Assembly (NCBI GenBank): GCA_965205675.1
Contig: OZ242186.1
Coordinates: 1,408,001-1,472,000 of the forward strand
Direction: 5' to 3'
Length of the DNA: 64,000 nucleotides
Source of the DNA: Nitrosopumilus sp.
GTDB lineage: Archaea; Thermoproteota; Nitrososphaeria; Nitrososphaerales; Nitrosopumilaceae
The notes beneath the pieces were generated by a model. It had not been told where the DNA came from, searched no databases, and saw only the letters and a list, made by a program, of their open reading frames with translations. The translations under genes were made by a program, and so were the position numbers. Positions 31,507-42,104 of this stretch are shown one piece after another. Within the stretch, counting starts at the first letter, position 1. Every line of letters begins with the position of its first letter.

Positions 31507-32421
31507 GTGTACGGAAACAAAGCTCTAGTCATAGGATTATTTTTATTTGTGGTATTATTTGCGTTTATTCCAACATCTCAAGCAGAATTATGGGATTTTA
31601 TTATTCAGTTAGATGTGAAAAAAAATACAATACATTCTGGAGAATCAATATGGATTACAGGCAAAATAGTAGACCATGCATACAAACCAGTCACAGATGC
31701 AAAAATACATGTACACGTAGGTACAGATACCCAAACGAGATTTACAAATCCCGATGGAGAATTTAGAGTAGAATTTAGCAAGTTTGAGAGAATGCCTGGA
31801 ACATACATTGCAAACGTAATTGCATCCAAAGACGGCATGATGGGAATAACAAACATCCAGTTTCAAGTAAAGGGCGATATGACAAATTCCGCATTACAGA
31901 ATAAACTATCAACAGAAGAAGCAAAAAAATATCTTAATGCAACTGCAAGTGACTTTGAAAAAGATCCAATAGGTCAAACATTGTACAAATACTATCAAAA
32001 CCTAGATGAAGAATTAACCAAGGAAATAGAGAAAGCAAATCAACCAGATGAAAAACAAATTTTACTTGAGAAACAAAGAAGGATTTCAGAAAATTTCAAA
32101 AACCAAGAAATAAAAGAATTTAAACCCGGAGCAGGGATTTATCACGGATACAGATCAGAGCATTATCTTAGTGGATTGGATTCAGAAATAAGAGATTTGA
32201 TCTCAAATCAATTAAATTTTACAAAAAATAATTTTCTAGAAGCTCAGAGCATTAGAGATGAAATTCTTGCAAATGGAGGAACACAAAAAGAAGCAAGAGA
32301 AGCATATTTAGATAAAATCACAATGTCAGTAAAAGATCTTGAACAGTTCAATCAAGAACAGCTAGATAAAACGCCAGAAACAACATCGGATGAGAATAAA
32401 ACACAAAAAGACAATCCGTGA
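31507..32421 (+). CDS. Exported protein with carboxypeptidase-regulatory/Ig-like domain
   Basis: Signal peptide; ITGKIVD..KPV.DAKI..TNPDGEF beta-sandwich pattern. Confidence 0.7.
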   Translation: MYGNKALVIGLFLFVVLFAFIPTSQAELWDFIIQLDVKKNTIHSGESIWITGKIVDHAYKPVTDAKIHVHVGTDTQTRFTNPDGEFRVEFSKFERMPGTYIANVIASKDGMMGITNIQFQVKGDMTNSALQNKLSTEEAKKYLNATASDFEKDPIGQTLYKYYQNLDEELTKEIEKANQPDEKQILLEKQRRISENFKNQEIKEFKPGAGIYHGYRSEHYLSGLDSEIRDLISNQLNFTKNNFLEAQSIRDEILANGGTQKEAREAYLDKITMSVKDLEQFNQEQLDKTPETTSDENKTQKDNP

Positions 32422-32439
32422 AGAATTGACAAGTTCTAT

Positions 32440-32600
32440 AGACCTCTTGCGTAATTAGAACCAAAATCTCTTCTTCTGTTTCATTTAACATTCAATCATT
32501 CTGGGACATCATGAAATCACAACAAGCTCTTGTTTCTGTCTTGTCCAAGTTGACAATTCCACATATGATGTCACTTATTCCATCGTATCTGCACAATCTG
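32440..32600 (-). mobile_element. Remnant end of the ISL2-like IS5 element
   Basis: IR AGACCTCTTGCGTAATTA plus degenerate similarity to 4199-4360. Confidence 0.75.
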
Positions 32601-32718
32601 TCTTAAACACTCATCCAACGTTTTACAAAAAATTAAATTTAAAAAAATAGATACACAAACAATTAGACTGGTAAACAAGCACTCAGGATTGATTTTATTC
32701 CCCTACAATCATAACAAA

Positions 32719-32798
32719 AAATAAAACACATGTAAGAGAATTAAATAAAACACATGTAAGAGAATTAAATAAAACACATGTAAGAGAATTAAATAAAA
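32719..32798. repeat. 24-bp tandem repeat x3.3 (AAATAAAACACATGTAAGAGAATT)
   Basis: Three exact contiguous copies with no spacers. Confidence 0.95.
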
Positions 32799-32813
32799 AA
32801 AATTTAAAATAAA

Positions 32814-33068
32814 TTAACGATTAGCATTTTCTTTGAATATTCTAATTGCTTCCAAGTGAGAACAATTTGCCTTCAACCCTTTACCATGATGAAATTTATA
32901 AAAATTTTTAAATCCCGGGCATTCACAAGTATCACAAGTTACAAAATAAGATTTCTCAGGATTAGATGAAGATTTTATTTGAAACAGATCATCTTCAATT
33001 TTTACCACGCCTCCACTTTCAACAAGTTTTTTAGCTTTTCTGATTGTATTGGCACTCATACTAATCAC
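32814..33068 (-). CDS. SWIM zinc-finger protein
   Basis: CECPGF...CSH. Confidence 0.8.
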   Translation of the reverse strand: MISMSANTIRKAKKLVESGGVVKIEDDLFQIKSSSNPEKSYFVTCDTCECPGFKNFYKFHHGKGLKANCSHLEAIRIFKENANR

Positions 33069-33184
33069 AATATACTTTAAAGTTTTATTTGTTATTTTTC
33101 ATGACAACAGATAGCAAAACATGGCAGATTCTAATGTGGGTTTTATAAAATAAAAAAGTTTGAAAATTACTCAAAACTGATTTT

Positions 33185-33487
33185 CTAATTTCTGTGATTT
33201 TGGAAGCATTCTCTACAATAAACAGGTCTGTCTTCTTTTGGTTTGAATGGTACTTGGCATTCATTTCCACAGTCACCACATGTTGTGGTATGCATTTCAC
33301 GTGGTCTGTCATCTCTTCTGCCAAATCTACCCCCACCACCACCTTGTCTTGGTTCGGGTTTGTGATTTTGGAAGCATTCTCTACAATAAACAGGTCTGTC
33401 TTCTTTTGGTTTGAATGGTACTTGGCATTCATTTCCACAGTCACCACATGTTGTGGTATGCATTTCTCTTTCTCTATCAAAGGACAT
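33185..33487 (-). CDS. Tandem CxxC-x17-CxxC domain protein
   Basis: Two identical EMHTTTCGDCGNECQVPFKPKEDRPVYCRECF units joined by a Gly/Arg linker. Confidence 0.9.
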   Translation of the reverse strand: MSFDREREMHTTTCGDCGNECQVPFKPKEDRPVYCRECFQNHKPEPRQGGGGGRFGRRDDRPREMHTTTCGDCGNECQVPFKPKEDRPVYCRECFQNHRN

Positions 33488-33580
33488 GTCTTTCTAAATC
33501 TAGGTATTTTTGTGCAGTAATAAACTGTGGGAAAAACATCTATTGTTATAAAGTAATCCCATATCTTCAGATTATTGGGC

Positions 33581-34627
33581 ATGAAAAAATACGTTCTCAC
33601 AAGGACGGTAACAATGTTTGGGGTCTTGATGATCACACTGCTAATCACAATTATGTTAGTAGGTTCAAATATGGATACTATTCTAAAGCAAGGAATTACA
33701 TTCCAAGTAAGATCAGAGATAACAGAGAATCCATCCATTGCAGAAAGTTTCTCATCAGTAGAAGAATTTGAAAATTTTATCCAAAATCAGATTGAACAAA
33801 GAATAAAAGTTTTAGGATTAGATGAGCCATGGTATTCTCCACAGAGAATTGGACTAGCTATGTACAAGATAGTATTACTGGATTTTGGCCATGCGACATT
33901 TCTAACAAGTGATGAGGGGTCTTCGGATGTAAAAGATATTCTCTTTGAGAAACTTCCTAGAACCATATTATTATTCACAACTGCAACCATAATGATATCC
34001 ATCATAGGAATATTTCTAGGGGCATTATCCAGTAATAAGATAGGGTCAGTTATCGACAGAATTACTTCAAGCTTTGCAATAATCAGTTCTAGTTTTCCAG
34101 TATGGTGGATAGGGATGTTGATGATATTTTTATTTGCATTTACATGGCAGGTATTTCCGGCAAGAGCTACGCCAGATATCTCATCATCGGATCCAGCATA
34201 CATAGGATCTTTGCTATATCATATGACGTTGCCAATAATTACAATTGTGATGATCGGATTTGGATCATGGGCATATCTAGTAAGAAATTTCATGGTGGGA
34301 ATTATGCAAGAAGATTTCATCATGGCAAAAAAGACCATAGGAATTAAAGAAAAGAAAATAATCTACACCCATGCATTAAAAAACGCAGCCCCTCCAATCG
34401 TTACAATTTTGGCACTTAGTCTATCAGGATCTCTTGGAGGGTCCATTATCACAGAAGCAGTCTTTGATTGGCCAGGAATGGGAAGACTGTATTTTGAAGC
34501 AATTACAGTGATGGACCTGCCAGTAATTATTGGTGCAACATACTTGCTAACAGTATTCTTTCTAATTAGCATATTCATAGCAGATCTACTTTATGGTTAT
34601 TTTGACCCGAGAGTGAGGACAGGATAA
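33581..34627 (+). CDS. ABC peptide/nickel transporter permease (DppB/OppB family)
   Basis: Multiple TM segments; HALKNAAPPIVT, IITEAVFDWPGMG, DPRVR. Confidence 0.9.
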   Translation: MKKYVLTRTVTMFGVLMITLLITIMLVGSNMDTILKQGITFQVRSEITENPSIAESFSSVEEFENFIQNQIEQRIKVLGLDEPWYSPQRIGLAMYKIVLLDFGHATFLTSDEGSSDVKDILFEKLPRTILLFTTATIMISIIGIFLGALSSNKIGSVIDRITSSFAIISSSFPVWWIGMLMIFLFAFTWQVFPARATPDISSSDPAYIGSLLYHMTLPIITIVMIGFGSWAYLVRNFMVGIMQEDFIMAKKTIGIKEKKIIYTHALKNAAPPIVTILALSLSGSLGGSIITEAVFDWPGMGRLYFEAITVMDLPVIIGATYLLTVFFLISIFIADLLYGYFDPRVRTG

Positions 34628-35994
34628 TGAACAGCATCACACCTCATGAAATAAAACAAGAGTTCATTAAAAGCAAGATGGGAATAGCAGGAATTGCAAT
34701 CCTGTTAGCACTTGTAGCAATATCAATTATTACCATGATTGGCATTCCAGTTGAAACATTTCAAGAATGGAACAATCCGGGAAATTGGATTTCAAATCCA
34801 AAAGGAGCAGTCCCCATATGGACAAATGTTTTCATGATTGAAAAGATTCCAGAACACAGGATTTTAGATAGTCCCCATATCGAGAAAACCTCAAACCAAA
34901 GCATAAACCTCATATCACATCAATTCGGATTTAATTTTGATTATGATGAATTTCCAAATGATTTCATCTATGAATTTTCTTCAGAATATTCAGATGCACC
35001 ATTATTGCAAATCTCAGTAATAAGACCAGACGGAATTACGCTGAATTTAATATCAACGTCATTGCCACATTCTGATGAAAAAACAACACATGCTGAGAGG
35101 ATTTTCTCCACAGATAATTCTATTAAAAAAAATTTAACTCTACAATCAGATAAATTCGCATTTACATTTGAGAGAATATCTGCTGAAAACATTATCTTTT
35201 CTGAGAATCAAAAAAATACCCCATTGAAAGGAAATTATATTTTTTTAATTGATATGTACGGAATAAATTCTGAGAATCAAATTAATGAATCAAAATTAAT
35301 CATAGGCGGAAAGGCATTTGGCATAATGGGCACTGATGAATTACGAAGAGATTTAGCGATAGGATTGCTGTGGGGAACTCCACTTGCACTATTCATAGGA
35401 TTAGTTGTCTCCATAGCGTCTGTAGTGGCAGGGTTGTTGTATGGAGTATATGCAGGATACAAAGGTAAAAAAACAGACGAAACAATGATGAGATTCAATG
35501 ACGTAATATACGCACTGCCTGCATTACCGTTTTTAATCATATTATCAGTAACAATTAGCAATAGCATATTTGTCATGGTGGGATTTTTGATGATTTTTGG
35601 ATGGGTGGGAATAGCAAAAGTGGCCAGAAGCATGTCCATTCAAATTAAAACTAGAGGGTACGTAGATGCGGCAAACATGATGGGTCAGAAAGACTCCAAA
35701 ATCATACTTCGACATATAGTCCCTCAATTATTACCATATGCATTTGCAAGTATTGCAATCTCAGTTCCTGCTGCAATAACTACCGAAGCAGGTCTTAGTT
35801 TTTTAGGATTAGGAGATCCATCCTTTCCAACATGGGGACAAATCTTACATGATGCAAATACGTTTGGAGCAACAGCTAGAGGAATGTGGTGGTGGATAAT
35901 GCCTCCAGGAATAATGATAGCCATCACAGGTTTGGCATTTGTATTTATTGGAAATGCACTAGATGCAATAGTTAATCCAAAATTAAAAAGATGA
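34627..35994 (+). CDS. ABC peptide/nickel transporter permease (DppC/OppC family)
   Basis: MGTDELRRD, EAGLSFLGLG, PTWG, WWWIMPPG. Confidence 0.9.
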   Translation: MNSITPHEIKQEFIKSKMGIAGIAILLALVAISIITMIGIPVETFQEWNNPGNWISNPKGAVPIWTNVFMIEKIPEHRILDSPHIEKTSNQSINLISHQFGFNFDYDEFPNDFIYEFSSEYSDAPLLQISVIRPDGITLNLISTSLPHSDEKTTHAERIFSTDNSIKKNLTLQSDKFAFTFERISAENIIFSENQKNTPLKGNYIFLIDMYGINSENQINESKLIIGGKAFGIMGTDELRRDLAIGLLWGTPLALFIGLVVSIASVVAGLLYGVYAGYKGKKTDETMMRFNDVIYALPALPFLIILSVTISNSIFVMVGFLMIFGWVGIAKVARSMSIQIKTRGYVDAANMMGQKDSKIILRHIVPQLLPYAFASIAISVPAAITTEAGLSFLGLGDPSFPTWGQILHDANTFGATARGMWWWIMPPGIMIAITGLAFVFIGNALDAIVNPKLKR

Positions 35995-36306
35995 TCACAT
36001 GAAATAATTACGAATAGTATCTAATGCAGAGTCATTAAGTTTGATGGTATATGTCAAGGAGGCAGGGTTATCTTTTGTTTCAGCTAAGACTTCAGTAAAC
36101 TTTACTTTTTCATCTTCTGTAGCACCTGCTTCATGCGCACATAGATTAAACGCTTTAAGATTCAGATTATTTTTAAGCAAATATGCAATGAATTTCTTGT
36201 ATTCTTCAGGGTTTGTCCAATTGGAATTTTTTTCAGAGCATGCGGCAATCCACACGTCAACAGAATTATGGAAAATCACCTTTTTACGAATTTCATCTAA
36301 GGACAT
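35995..36306 (-). CDS. Hypothetical protein
   Basis: 103-aa ORF in a co-oriented gene run. Confidence 0.7.
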   Translation of the reverse strand: MSLDEIRKKVIFHNSVDVWIAACSEKNSNWTNPEEYKKFIAYLLKNNLNLKAFNLCAHEAGATEDEKVKFTEVLAETKDNPASLTYTIKLNDSALDTIRNYFM

Positions 36307-36315
36307 CTTCTATCA

Positions 36316-36708
36316 CTAAAAATCGGCTCTTTGCATTTTGGAACCACAGCGTGGACAAGTTCCACCCTTGTGTTTATTGTTACACACAAGACAGACGTAT
36401 CGTATACCTCCAGAGCCGCCCTGAGAGCCCATACCAAAGAATCCGCCGCCTCCAGTTCCAGAATTTCCGCCATAATTGCCCATACTGCTCATTTGTCGTC
36501 GCCTCATAATCATAGGCAATAAAATGAAGATTGCCATTACAAGTCCAATGCTAATATACCAAGGAACTCCAAGATACCCCAGGCCTATTTGTAATCCAAT
36601 GCTAAACACTAGAGAAGCGCCGAGAAAAATATAATATTTTTTGAGTTGTGGATTCAATTCACTAAAAGTATCTTTAAAACGGTTATAAAGTTTCTTCAAA
36701 TTTTTCAC
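36316..36708 (-). CDS. Membrane protein with Gly-rich linker and C-terminal Zn ribbon
   Basis: Two TM helices; CLVC...CPRCG. Confidence 0.75.
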   Translation of the reverse strand: MKNLKKLYNRFKDTFSELNPQLKKYYIFLGASLVFSIGLQIGLGYLGVPWYISIGLVMAIFILLPMIMRRRQMSSMGNYGGNSGTGGGGFFGMGSQGGSGGIRYVCLVCNNKHKGGTCPRCGSKMQRADF

Positions 36709-36733
36709 GACTGCCGGCAGAATATTTGAGAGG

Positions 36734-37132
36734 TCATTCTACAGAAAGAGGAATGGAATTTCCACCACTATCCCATGCAAAAATAGAATCATCATGGTAA
36801 GGGGATTTTACAATCATTGAAACTAGTCCAAAGAAATTGTGCAAATCAGTGACCGAAGGCTCTGCTGAACCGCTAGGGTGAGAGTGTACAATTCCAACAT
36901 AGCTCATATCAAAAGGCAAGAAAGAATGAGGGAATCCTGCAAAAGTAGGGCCAGTTTCACTAAAGGGAGGTATAACTAGCCCATCCACTTTGATTTGGCC
37001 ATTTTTAGATTTTCCTTTTAAAATCAAAATTCCCTCATTAGGATGTTTCATTTGACAAAAAGACAGGATGCTGTCAAGAACTTCTTTTTTCAATAATACC
37101 GTGCGTGTAAATTTTTTCTTTTTAAATAACAT
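36734..37132 (-). CDS. JAB/MPN (Mov34) metalloprotease
   Basis: E...HSHPSGSAEPSVTD JAMM motif. Confidence 0.88.
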   Translation of the reverse strand: MLFKKKKFTRTVLLKKEVLDSILSFCQMKHPNEGILILKGKSKNGQIKVDGLVIPPFSETGPTFAGFPHSFLPFDMSYVGIVHSHPSGSAEPSVTDLHNFFGLVSMIVKSPYHDDSIFAWDSGGNSIPLSVE

Positions 37133-37163
37133 GAAAACTCTCTATCATAGAACTAATTTAATT

Positions 37164-38444
37164 TTAAGATGTCAGAATAACATATTTTGTATTGGAGAAA
37201 TGTCGTAGTTTTTCTTCAATTTCAGAGATCAATTTTGGTATATTTGAATTAATTTCATCGATTTCACCTTGAAAATTCTCAGATTTGAGTTGGGAATCAT
37301 CCTTTAAAGAAATGTTTTTTTCAAGATCAGATTCTAGTAAAATCAAATCATTAGGCAGCAAAGAATTAACATCCTTTTTGAGTTTGGCGTGTTTCTCATA
37401 ATACTCTGATACTAGTTTTACAAAGCCATCCAAGGATTCCTCAATCTCAGTTATTTGCAAAGATGTTTTTTCAATATCTTTGACAGATATAGAGCCAGAT
37501 GTAACTCCTTTACGAATATTTTCAAGTATTATAATTATAGAATCTTTATTTTCAAGAGTCATAACATTAAACGGCTCTGCAACTAGACTAACTAGAATAT
37601 TTTTTTGATCTTTGTCTAAAGAAGATGCATACTCATATCTGCTTAACGGGCGAGATATTTTAGTAAATTGTGTGTTTATTTGATTTTTGATTTTTGATTT
37701 TTGAGGAATAAATTCGTCAAGAGTATTTTTTAAACTAAGATAAGTTTTATAGTTTTCAGAAGACTTTGCCGTATCAATTGAATTTTTCAGGGTTGATATT
37801 TGTTCATTTAGTGAAAGGATAACAATGTCAATATCTTTAATTTTTTGGGATTTTTTATCACATAAAGCACGCAGTGTTTTAATTTGATCAAGCGTAGCAA
37901 GTATCTCCATTGAAGTAGTTTTTGTGGAATTGAAATTTGTCAAAAGTGTACGGATTTTAGAATGATTGGAATTCATAACTTCAAGATTGTTTTTTAATTG
38001 TGCAGCATATTTTTTAGCAAAAATATGGATTACGCGGGTTTGCCTTCCTAAAACATCGCCTACTTTTTTTAAAATAAGATTTAAAACAGAGTTTAGTTTT
38101 TCTGCATCATCAAAAGAAGAGATTTTAGGTAAAGGGACAACTCCTTTTTTGATTACCTCAATAACTTGTTTTTTGCCTCTAACTACAATAATTGCAAGAT
38201 GTTTGTCAATATCATCAATATTGAGACTGTCTTTTTCAAGAACGTTTCCAATTTTCATCAAATCATCAATTAAGGGTTCAGTCTCATTTCTTAAATTGTT
38301 AATTTCAGATAAAGTTCGTGTTTTTCGTAGAGTGCTAAGATCAGATATAATTTTAGGAATATCCTCTAGTAAGATTTCTTGATCTTGGGGGATTTCCTCC
38401 ACAGGTTTTCCTTCTTGTTTTTTTTTACCCCATCCAAATACCAT
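37164..38444 (-). CDS. Coiled-coil hypothetical protein
   Basis: 426-aa ORF, helical, no ATPase motifs seen. Confidence 0.75.
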   Translation of the reverse strand: MVFGWGKKKQEGKPVEEIPQDQEILLEDIPKIISDLSTLRKTRTLSEINNLRNETEPLIDDLMKIGNVLEKDSLNIDDIDKHLAIIVVRGKKQVIEVIKKGVVPLPKISSFDDAEKLNSVLNLILKKVGDVLGRQTRVIHIFAKKYAAQLKNNLEVMNSNHSKIRTLLTNFNSTKTTSMEILATLDQIKTLRALCDKKSQKIKDIDIVILSLNEQISTLKNSIDTAKSSENYKTYLSLKNTLDEFIPQKSKIKNQINTQFTKISRPLSRYEYASSLDKDQKNILVSLVAEPFNVMTLENKDSIIIILENIRKGVTSGSISVKDIEKTSLQITEIEESLDGFVKLVSEYYEKHAKLKKDVNSLLPNDLILLESDLEKNISLKDDSQLKSENFQGEIDEINSNIPKLISEIEEKLRHFSNTKYVILTS

Positions 38445-38524
38445 TTCATATCTTTGGGGTTTGGGGGATTAAAAATGGTTGTAAACTAAAATTTAAAATT
38501 CAGCAGTTTTAAGAAAAGAGCATT

Positions 38525-38980
38525 ATGGTAAAAAAGGCATTCCATACAGGAACAGTTAAAAAAATAATCAAGATTAAAGCGTCAAAAGAGAAAGTATGGG
38601 GAAAAATAAGTAACATTGCAGGATTGCCAACATGGGTAGCAGATGTCAAGACAACAACATATCTCTCTAAAAAGAAAAAAGGCATAGGAGCAGTTAGGTT
38701 GATCACATTTGAAGATAACCATGAAATTGAAGAACACATAGTTAGATGGGAAAAAGGAGAATATTTCACATATATTGCAACTAAAGGATTACCTCTAAGA
38801 GCATATGTGGCTACAATTTCCATGGCTGTAAAATCAAAAAATCTTGTAGAATTAACATGGCAGTCATATCTTAATAGCGAAAAAATGTCTAAGAGGGAAT
38901 TCTTAGATTTTGTAGTATTTTTAAGAGCATTTTATGAGACATCATTGAAAAATCTAAAAATTGCACTGGATAAAAAATAA
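38525..38980 (+). CDS. SRPBCC/polyketide cyclase family protein
   Basis: IKASKEKVWGKISN..LPTW..GIGAVRLITF. Confidence 0.8.
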   Translation: MVKKAFHTGTVKKIIKIKASKEKVWGKISNIAGLPTWVADVKTTTYLSKKKKGIGAVRLITFEDNHEIEEHIVRWEKGEYFTYIATKGLPLRAYVATISMAVKSKNLVELTWQSYLNSEKMSKREFLDFVVFLRAFYETSLKNLKIALDKK

Positions 38981-39027
38981 GCAAATTTCAGATGAAAGTG
39001 TAAATACAGTAAATCCTAAAAAGAACT

Positions 39028-39363
39028 ATGAGCGACATTAGATTTATCCTCGTTGGGATCGGCTTAATTTTTGGAGGATTTCTTATTTTAGGCGGATTTG
39101 GACACGATTATCAAGCTGCAACTTTAGAATCAAATGAATTTGGAACTTGTTACGAATATTCAAAAGATTTACCTCCAAGAGAAATTAATTGCTCAAGTAA
39201 GGTATTTGATCAGATTCTATTTTTTGGATTAGTTTTAGGATTCATCATATCGGGAATTATTGCTTTAATTAAAGGTGCAAGAGGGAATTGGGATAACAAA
39301 ATCAAACCAGAAGACATTGTGGGCCCAAGTAACAATCAAAACAGAGATTCAGATAAAGATTAA
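39028..39363 (+). CDS. Two-TM membrane protein
   Basis: Two hydrophobic segments flanking a Cys pair. Confidence 0.7.
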   Translation: MSDIRFILVGIGLIFGGFLILGGFGHDYQAATLESNEFGTCYEYSKDLPPREINCSSKVFDQILFFGLVLGFIISGIIALIKGARGNWDNKIKPEDIVGPSNNQNRDSDKD

Positions 39364-39365
39364 TT

Positions 39366-39509
39366 TTATTTTTTAGATTTTAATTTTTCAGTCTCAAGGA
39401 TGCCCTCTTCTTTTAGTCTCTGATGACATATTTCTTCATATGACATTTTTCTCATTGTCCTATTACAGAATTTACATCTAATCCTGGAGAATAATTTGTA
39501 CGCCAACAT
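39366..39509 (-). CDS. 47-aa hypothetical protein with CxxC
   Basis: MLAYKLFSRIRCKFCNRTMRKMSYEEICHQRLKEEG..; manual translation. Confidence 0.45.
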   Translation of the reverse strand: MLAYKLFSRIRCKFCNRTMRKMSYEEICHQRLKEEGILETEKLKSKK

Positions 39510-39529
39510 GTGCAATAAAGAACAAAGTC

Positions 39530-39910
39530 CTAAGATTCAGATTCGATGATATTTTTCATGGAATTAAACATATCGGCAATCTCAGTCATTCTTTGATCAA
39601 ATTGTTCATCCGTTAATCCGTCGGGTTTGTTCAAAGTAATCACAATCTCAGAAACTGCACCACTGGATACTACGCGCATTGGGACATCCCATGAAGATTC
39701 TTCATCAATGTATTGATGATCTAAAATCCCTATAGATTTATTTTCATTAAATTTCAACTGAGATTTTCCATGGGGACCAGTAAATGACCACCATTCAGAA
39801 TCACTGATTTTAGCATAAGGCATCATCGTAGGAGGAATATTCAATACGGCATCAAAAGCATCCCCCGTCTTTTTTGCTACAGGGATAGAAAGAATCCTAG
39901 ATCTATCCAT
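39530..39910 (-). CDS. Hypothetical protein (SRPBCC-like)
   Basis: GILDH..VPMRVV..SEIVITL pattern. Confidence 0.65.
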   Translation of the reverse strand: MDRSRILSIPVAKKTGDAFDAVLNIPPTMMPYAKISDSEWWSFTGPHGKSQLKFNENKSIGILDHQYIDEESSWDVPMRVVSSGAVSEIVITLNKPDGLTDEQFDQRMTEIADMFNSMKNIIESES

Positions 39911-39974
39911 AGATATAGATCATAAATAATGATTAAAAAAGATATGGCAGTAATAGTATGAATTGGTGCTATAG

Positions 39975-40151
39975 CTATCTGTTTAGAAATTCTTTAATTT
40001 TCTTAAGATTTGCAACATTTGACTCATGAAACATCACCATTGATTCAGATAAAGAATTAGGCAATATCGTTTTGAGGTTATCGACTAGTTCATCACCACT
40101 AGTTATCATATTATCAATTAGTTTATCAATTTCATTTTTCTCATCAACCAT
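39975..40151 (-). CDS. 58-aa hypothetical protein
   Basis: MVDEKNEIDKLIDNMITSGDELVDNLKTILPNSLSESMVMFHESNVANLKKIKEFLNR*; manual translation. Confidence 0.6.
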   Translation of the reverse strand: MVDEKNEIDKLIDNMITSGDELVDNLKTILPNSLSESMVMFHESNVANLKKIKEFLNR

Positions 40152-40173
40152 TTGAATTACGTATGTTCTAATC

Positions 40174-40407
40174 TTAATTATCTTTTTTTATCAGCGTAGC
40201 AGTAGAACGTATATTTTTAAGTTTTTGGATATTCCAAGAAACAATCTCACGGATTTTTTCAAAATTTTCAGCTTGCAGTTTTACCAACATATCATGAGTT
40301 CCAATAGTTTCAAAAACATCCACTACCTGTTCAATCTCCTTTAATTGTTCTATGATTGCAGATTCAGCACCAAGTTCACAGTTTAACATCACATATGCAT
40401 CTGTCAT
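40174..40407 (-). CDS. Lrp/AsnC ligand-binding domain protein
   Basis: AYVMLNCELG..GTHDMLVKL..IRSTATLI. Confidence 0.88.
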   Translation of the reverse strand: MTDAYVMLNCELGAESAIIEQLKEIEQVVDVFETIGTHDMLVKLQAENFEKIREIVSWNIQKLKNIRSTATLIKKDN

Positions 40408-40486
40408 AAAATTAGCAACAACATGTTATTATTTAAAGATGGAGAATTTTAGGCAAAGATGTTGTATCCCAAAATCAGTTCGTCCC

Positions 40487-40597
40487 TTATTTGACATCGT
40501 ATTCTTCTCCTGTCTGCTCATCAATAACTCTTGTTCCTTTCTCTGGCATCTTTCTTGCATATGCCTTTACAGGGGTCTCAAGATTATCCCAGTCAAG
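40487..40597 (-). pseudogene. C-terminal fragment of an unknown gene cut by IS66
   Basis: Open frame LDWDNLETPVKAYARKMPEKGTRVIDEQTGEEYDVK* abuts the IS terminus. Confidence 0.45.
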
Positions 40598-42008
40598 GTA
40601 ACTGTCTAGAGTTTTGAAGTACTTTCTTTAATATTTTTTATCTATATCTTTTCTGATCAGTGACAAATTACAATATACAATTGTCAGTATATGATGAGCT
40701 GGAATATTATCGTAACAGATGTCACTCGCTGGAGCAAGAAAACCGTCAGTTACGCAAAGATATTGAATCACTACACAGAGAAATTGCAGAACTAAAACAA
40801 ACAGTGTCTACACTTGTTGCAAGAAATATCAAAGCAAAACCAAACAAGACTGAAACTGCAAAAAAGAAGAAAACATCAAGACATCCTAGAAAAAGCAGAA
40901 GCAGACGGGCACACATTGATGATGCCATTACAGTTGACCAAAAAGAGTGCAACACATGTGGCAAATCACTCTCAGAACCAACTGATTCATACACCAGAAT
41001 AGTAGAAGACATCATTCCTGCAAAAGCAGTTGTGACAAAATATACGATAGTTAGACGATACTGCACAAACTGCAAAAAACAAATCTCGGGTAACATTCAC
41101 ACTGTACTGTCAAATGAAAGGTTTGGAATTAGGCTCATGGTGCTAATCACATCACTAAAAACTATCGGATTATCGTATGGTAAAATATCTCATCTTTTGC
41201 AGATGCTCTTCTCACTGCACATTACAGAATCTGCAATTAATCATGCAGTATCAATAGTATCAAAAGCATTTGGGAGCAGATATGATACAATGATTGTGGA
41301 GTTAAAAGAAGATCTAAACATACATGGTGATGAGACAAGTTGGAGGGTAGATGGCCAGAACCACTGGTTGTGGGCATTTGTGAGTAAATGGACTGTAATT
41401 TACGAGATTGACAAATCACGTTCAATGGATGTTCCCAAGAGAATTCTCAAGGAGTATAATGGCAACATTACAAGTGATTCGTACCCTGCATGGAACCATG
41501 TTGGAAACACTCACCAGAAATGTCACATCCATTATCTCAGAGAGGTTAATGATACCATTAATCACAAGAATCCCGGACCAGAATTTGCACCATTTGCCAA
41601 GAATCTCAAGAAAATAATTTATGACTCTCATGGTGTGGCAAAAATAAAATCAGAATCAGAAAGAATCCATGCAAAAAAGAATCTTGAAAGGAGAATTAAT
41701 CACATCATATCAAAAAAATACACAGAGAAAAACTGTATCAGGTTTGTAAAAAGATTGAAACGTGAGAGAAAAATGCTTTTTACATTCCTAATTACTGGAA
41801 CTGATTCACACAATAACACAGCAGAGAGGGCAATCAGACCAAATGTGATAATTCGTAAAATTACAAACGGTCATAGAACCATTCATGGTGCTGATTCTCA
41901 TAAGATACTGATGAGTATAAAGGAGACATGCAGATTACGAGGATTAAACTTTCATGATTATTCTTTAGAATATCTTGGAGATTTTACTTCAAAACTCTAG
42001 ACAGTTAC
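40598..42008 (+). mobile_element. IS66-family element with intact 446-aa transposase (40660..42000)
   Basis: 23-bp IRs; coiled coil, CxxC..CxxC, HGDETSW, NNTAERAIR. Confidence 0.95.
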
Positions 42009-42104
42009 ATTTTTTCCCATATCGCCAATAATATGAAAATCTTTTATATCAACAGAGGCATGCCCGCAATCTTGATGAATTTGACCATCGTTTCTGATAC
42101 CTCC

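Noticed and set aside
32719-32798. Possible CRISPR array
   Set aside because: Repeats are contiguous with no spacers and no cas genes are present
33085-33771. 217-aa, 108-aa and 118-aa ORFs overlapping the CxxC-x17-CxxC gene
   Set aside because: Alternative-frame shadows of the internal duplication; the 100-aa ORF carries the recognisable motif
37164-38444. SMC/SbcC-like defence protein
   Set aside because: No Walker A/B motifs; lies in core-like context
40573-40590. GGTCTCAAGATTAT resembling the hicBA-flanking motif
   Set aside because: Lacks the AGAACC half and the AT tail, and lies within an open coding fragment, so probably coincidental
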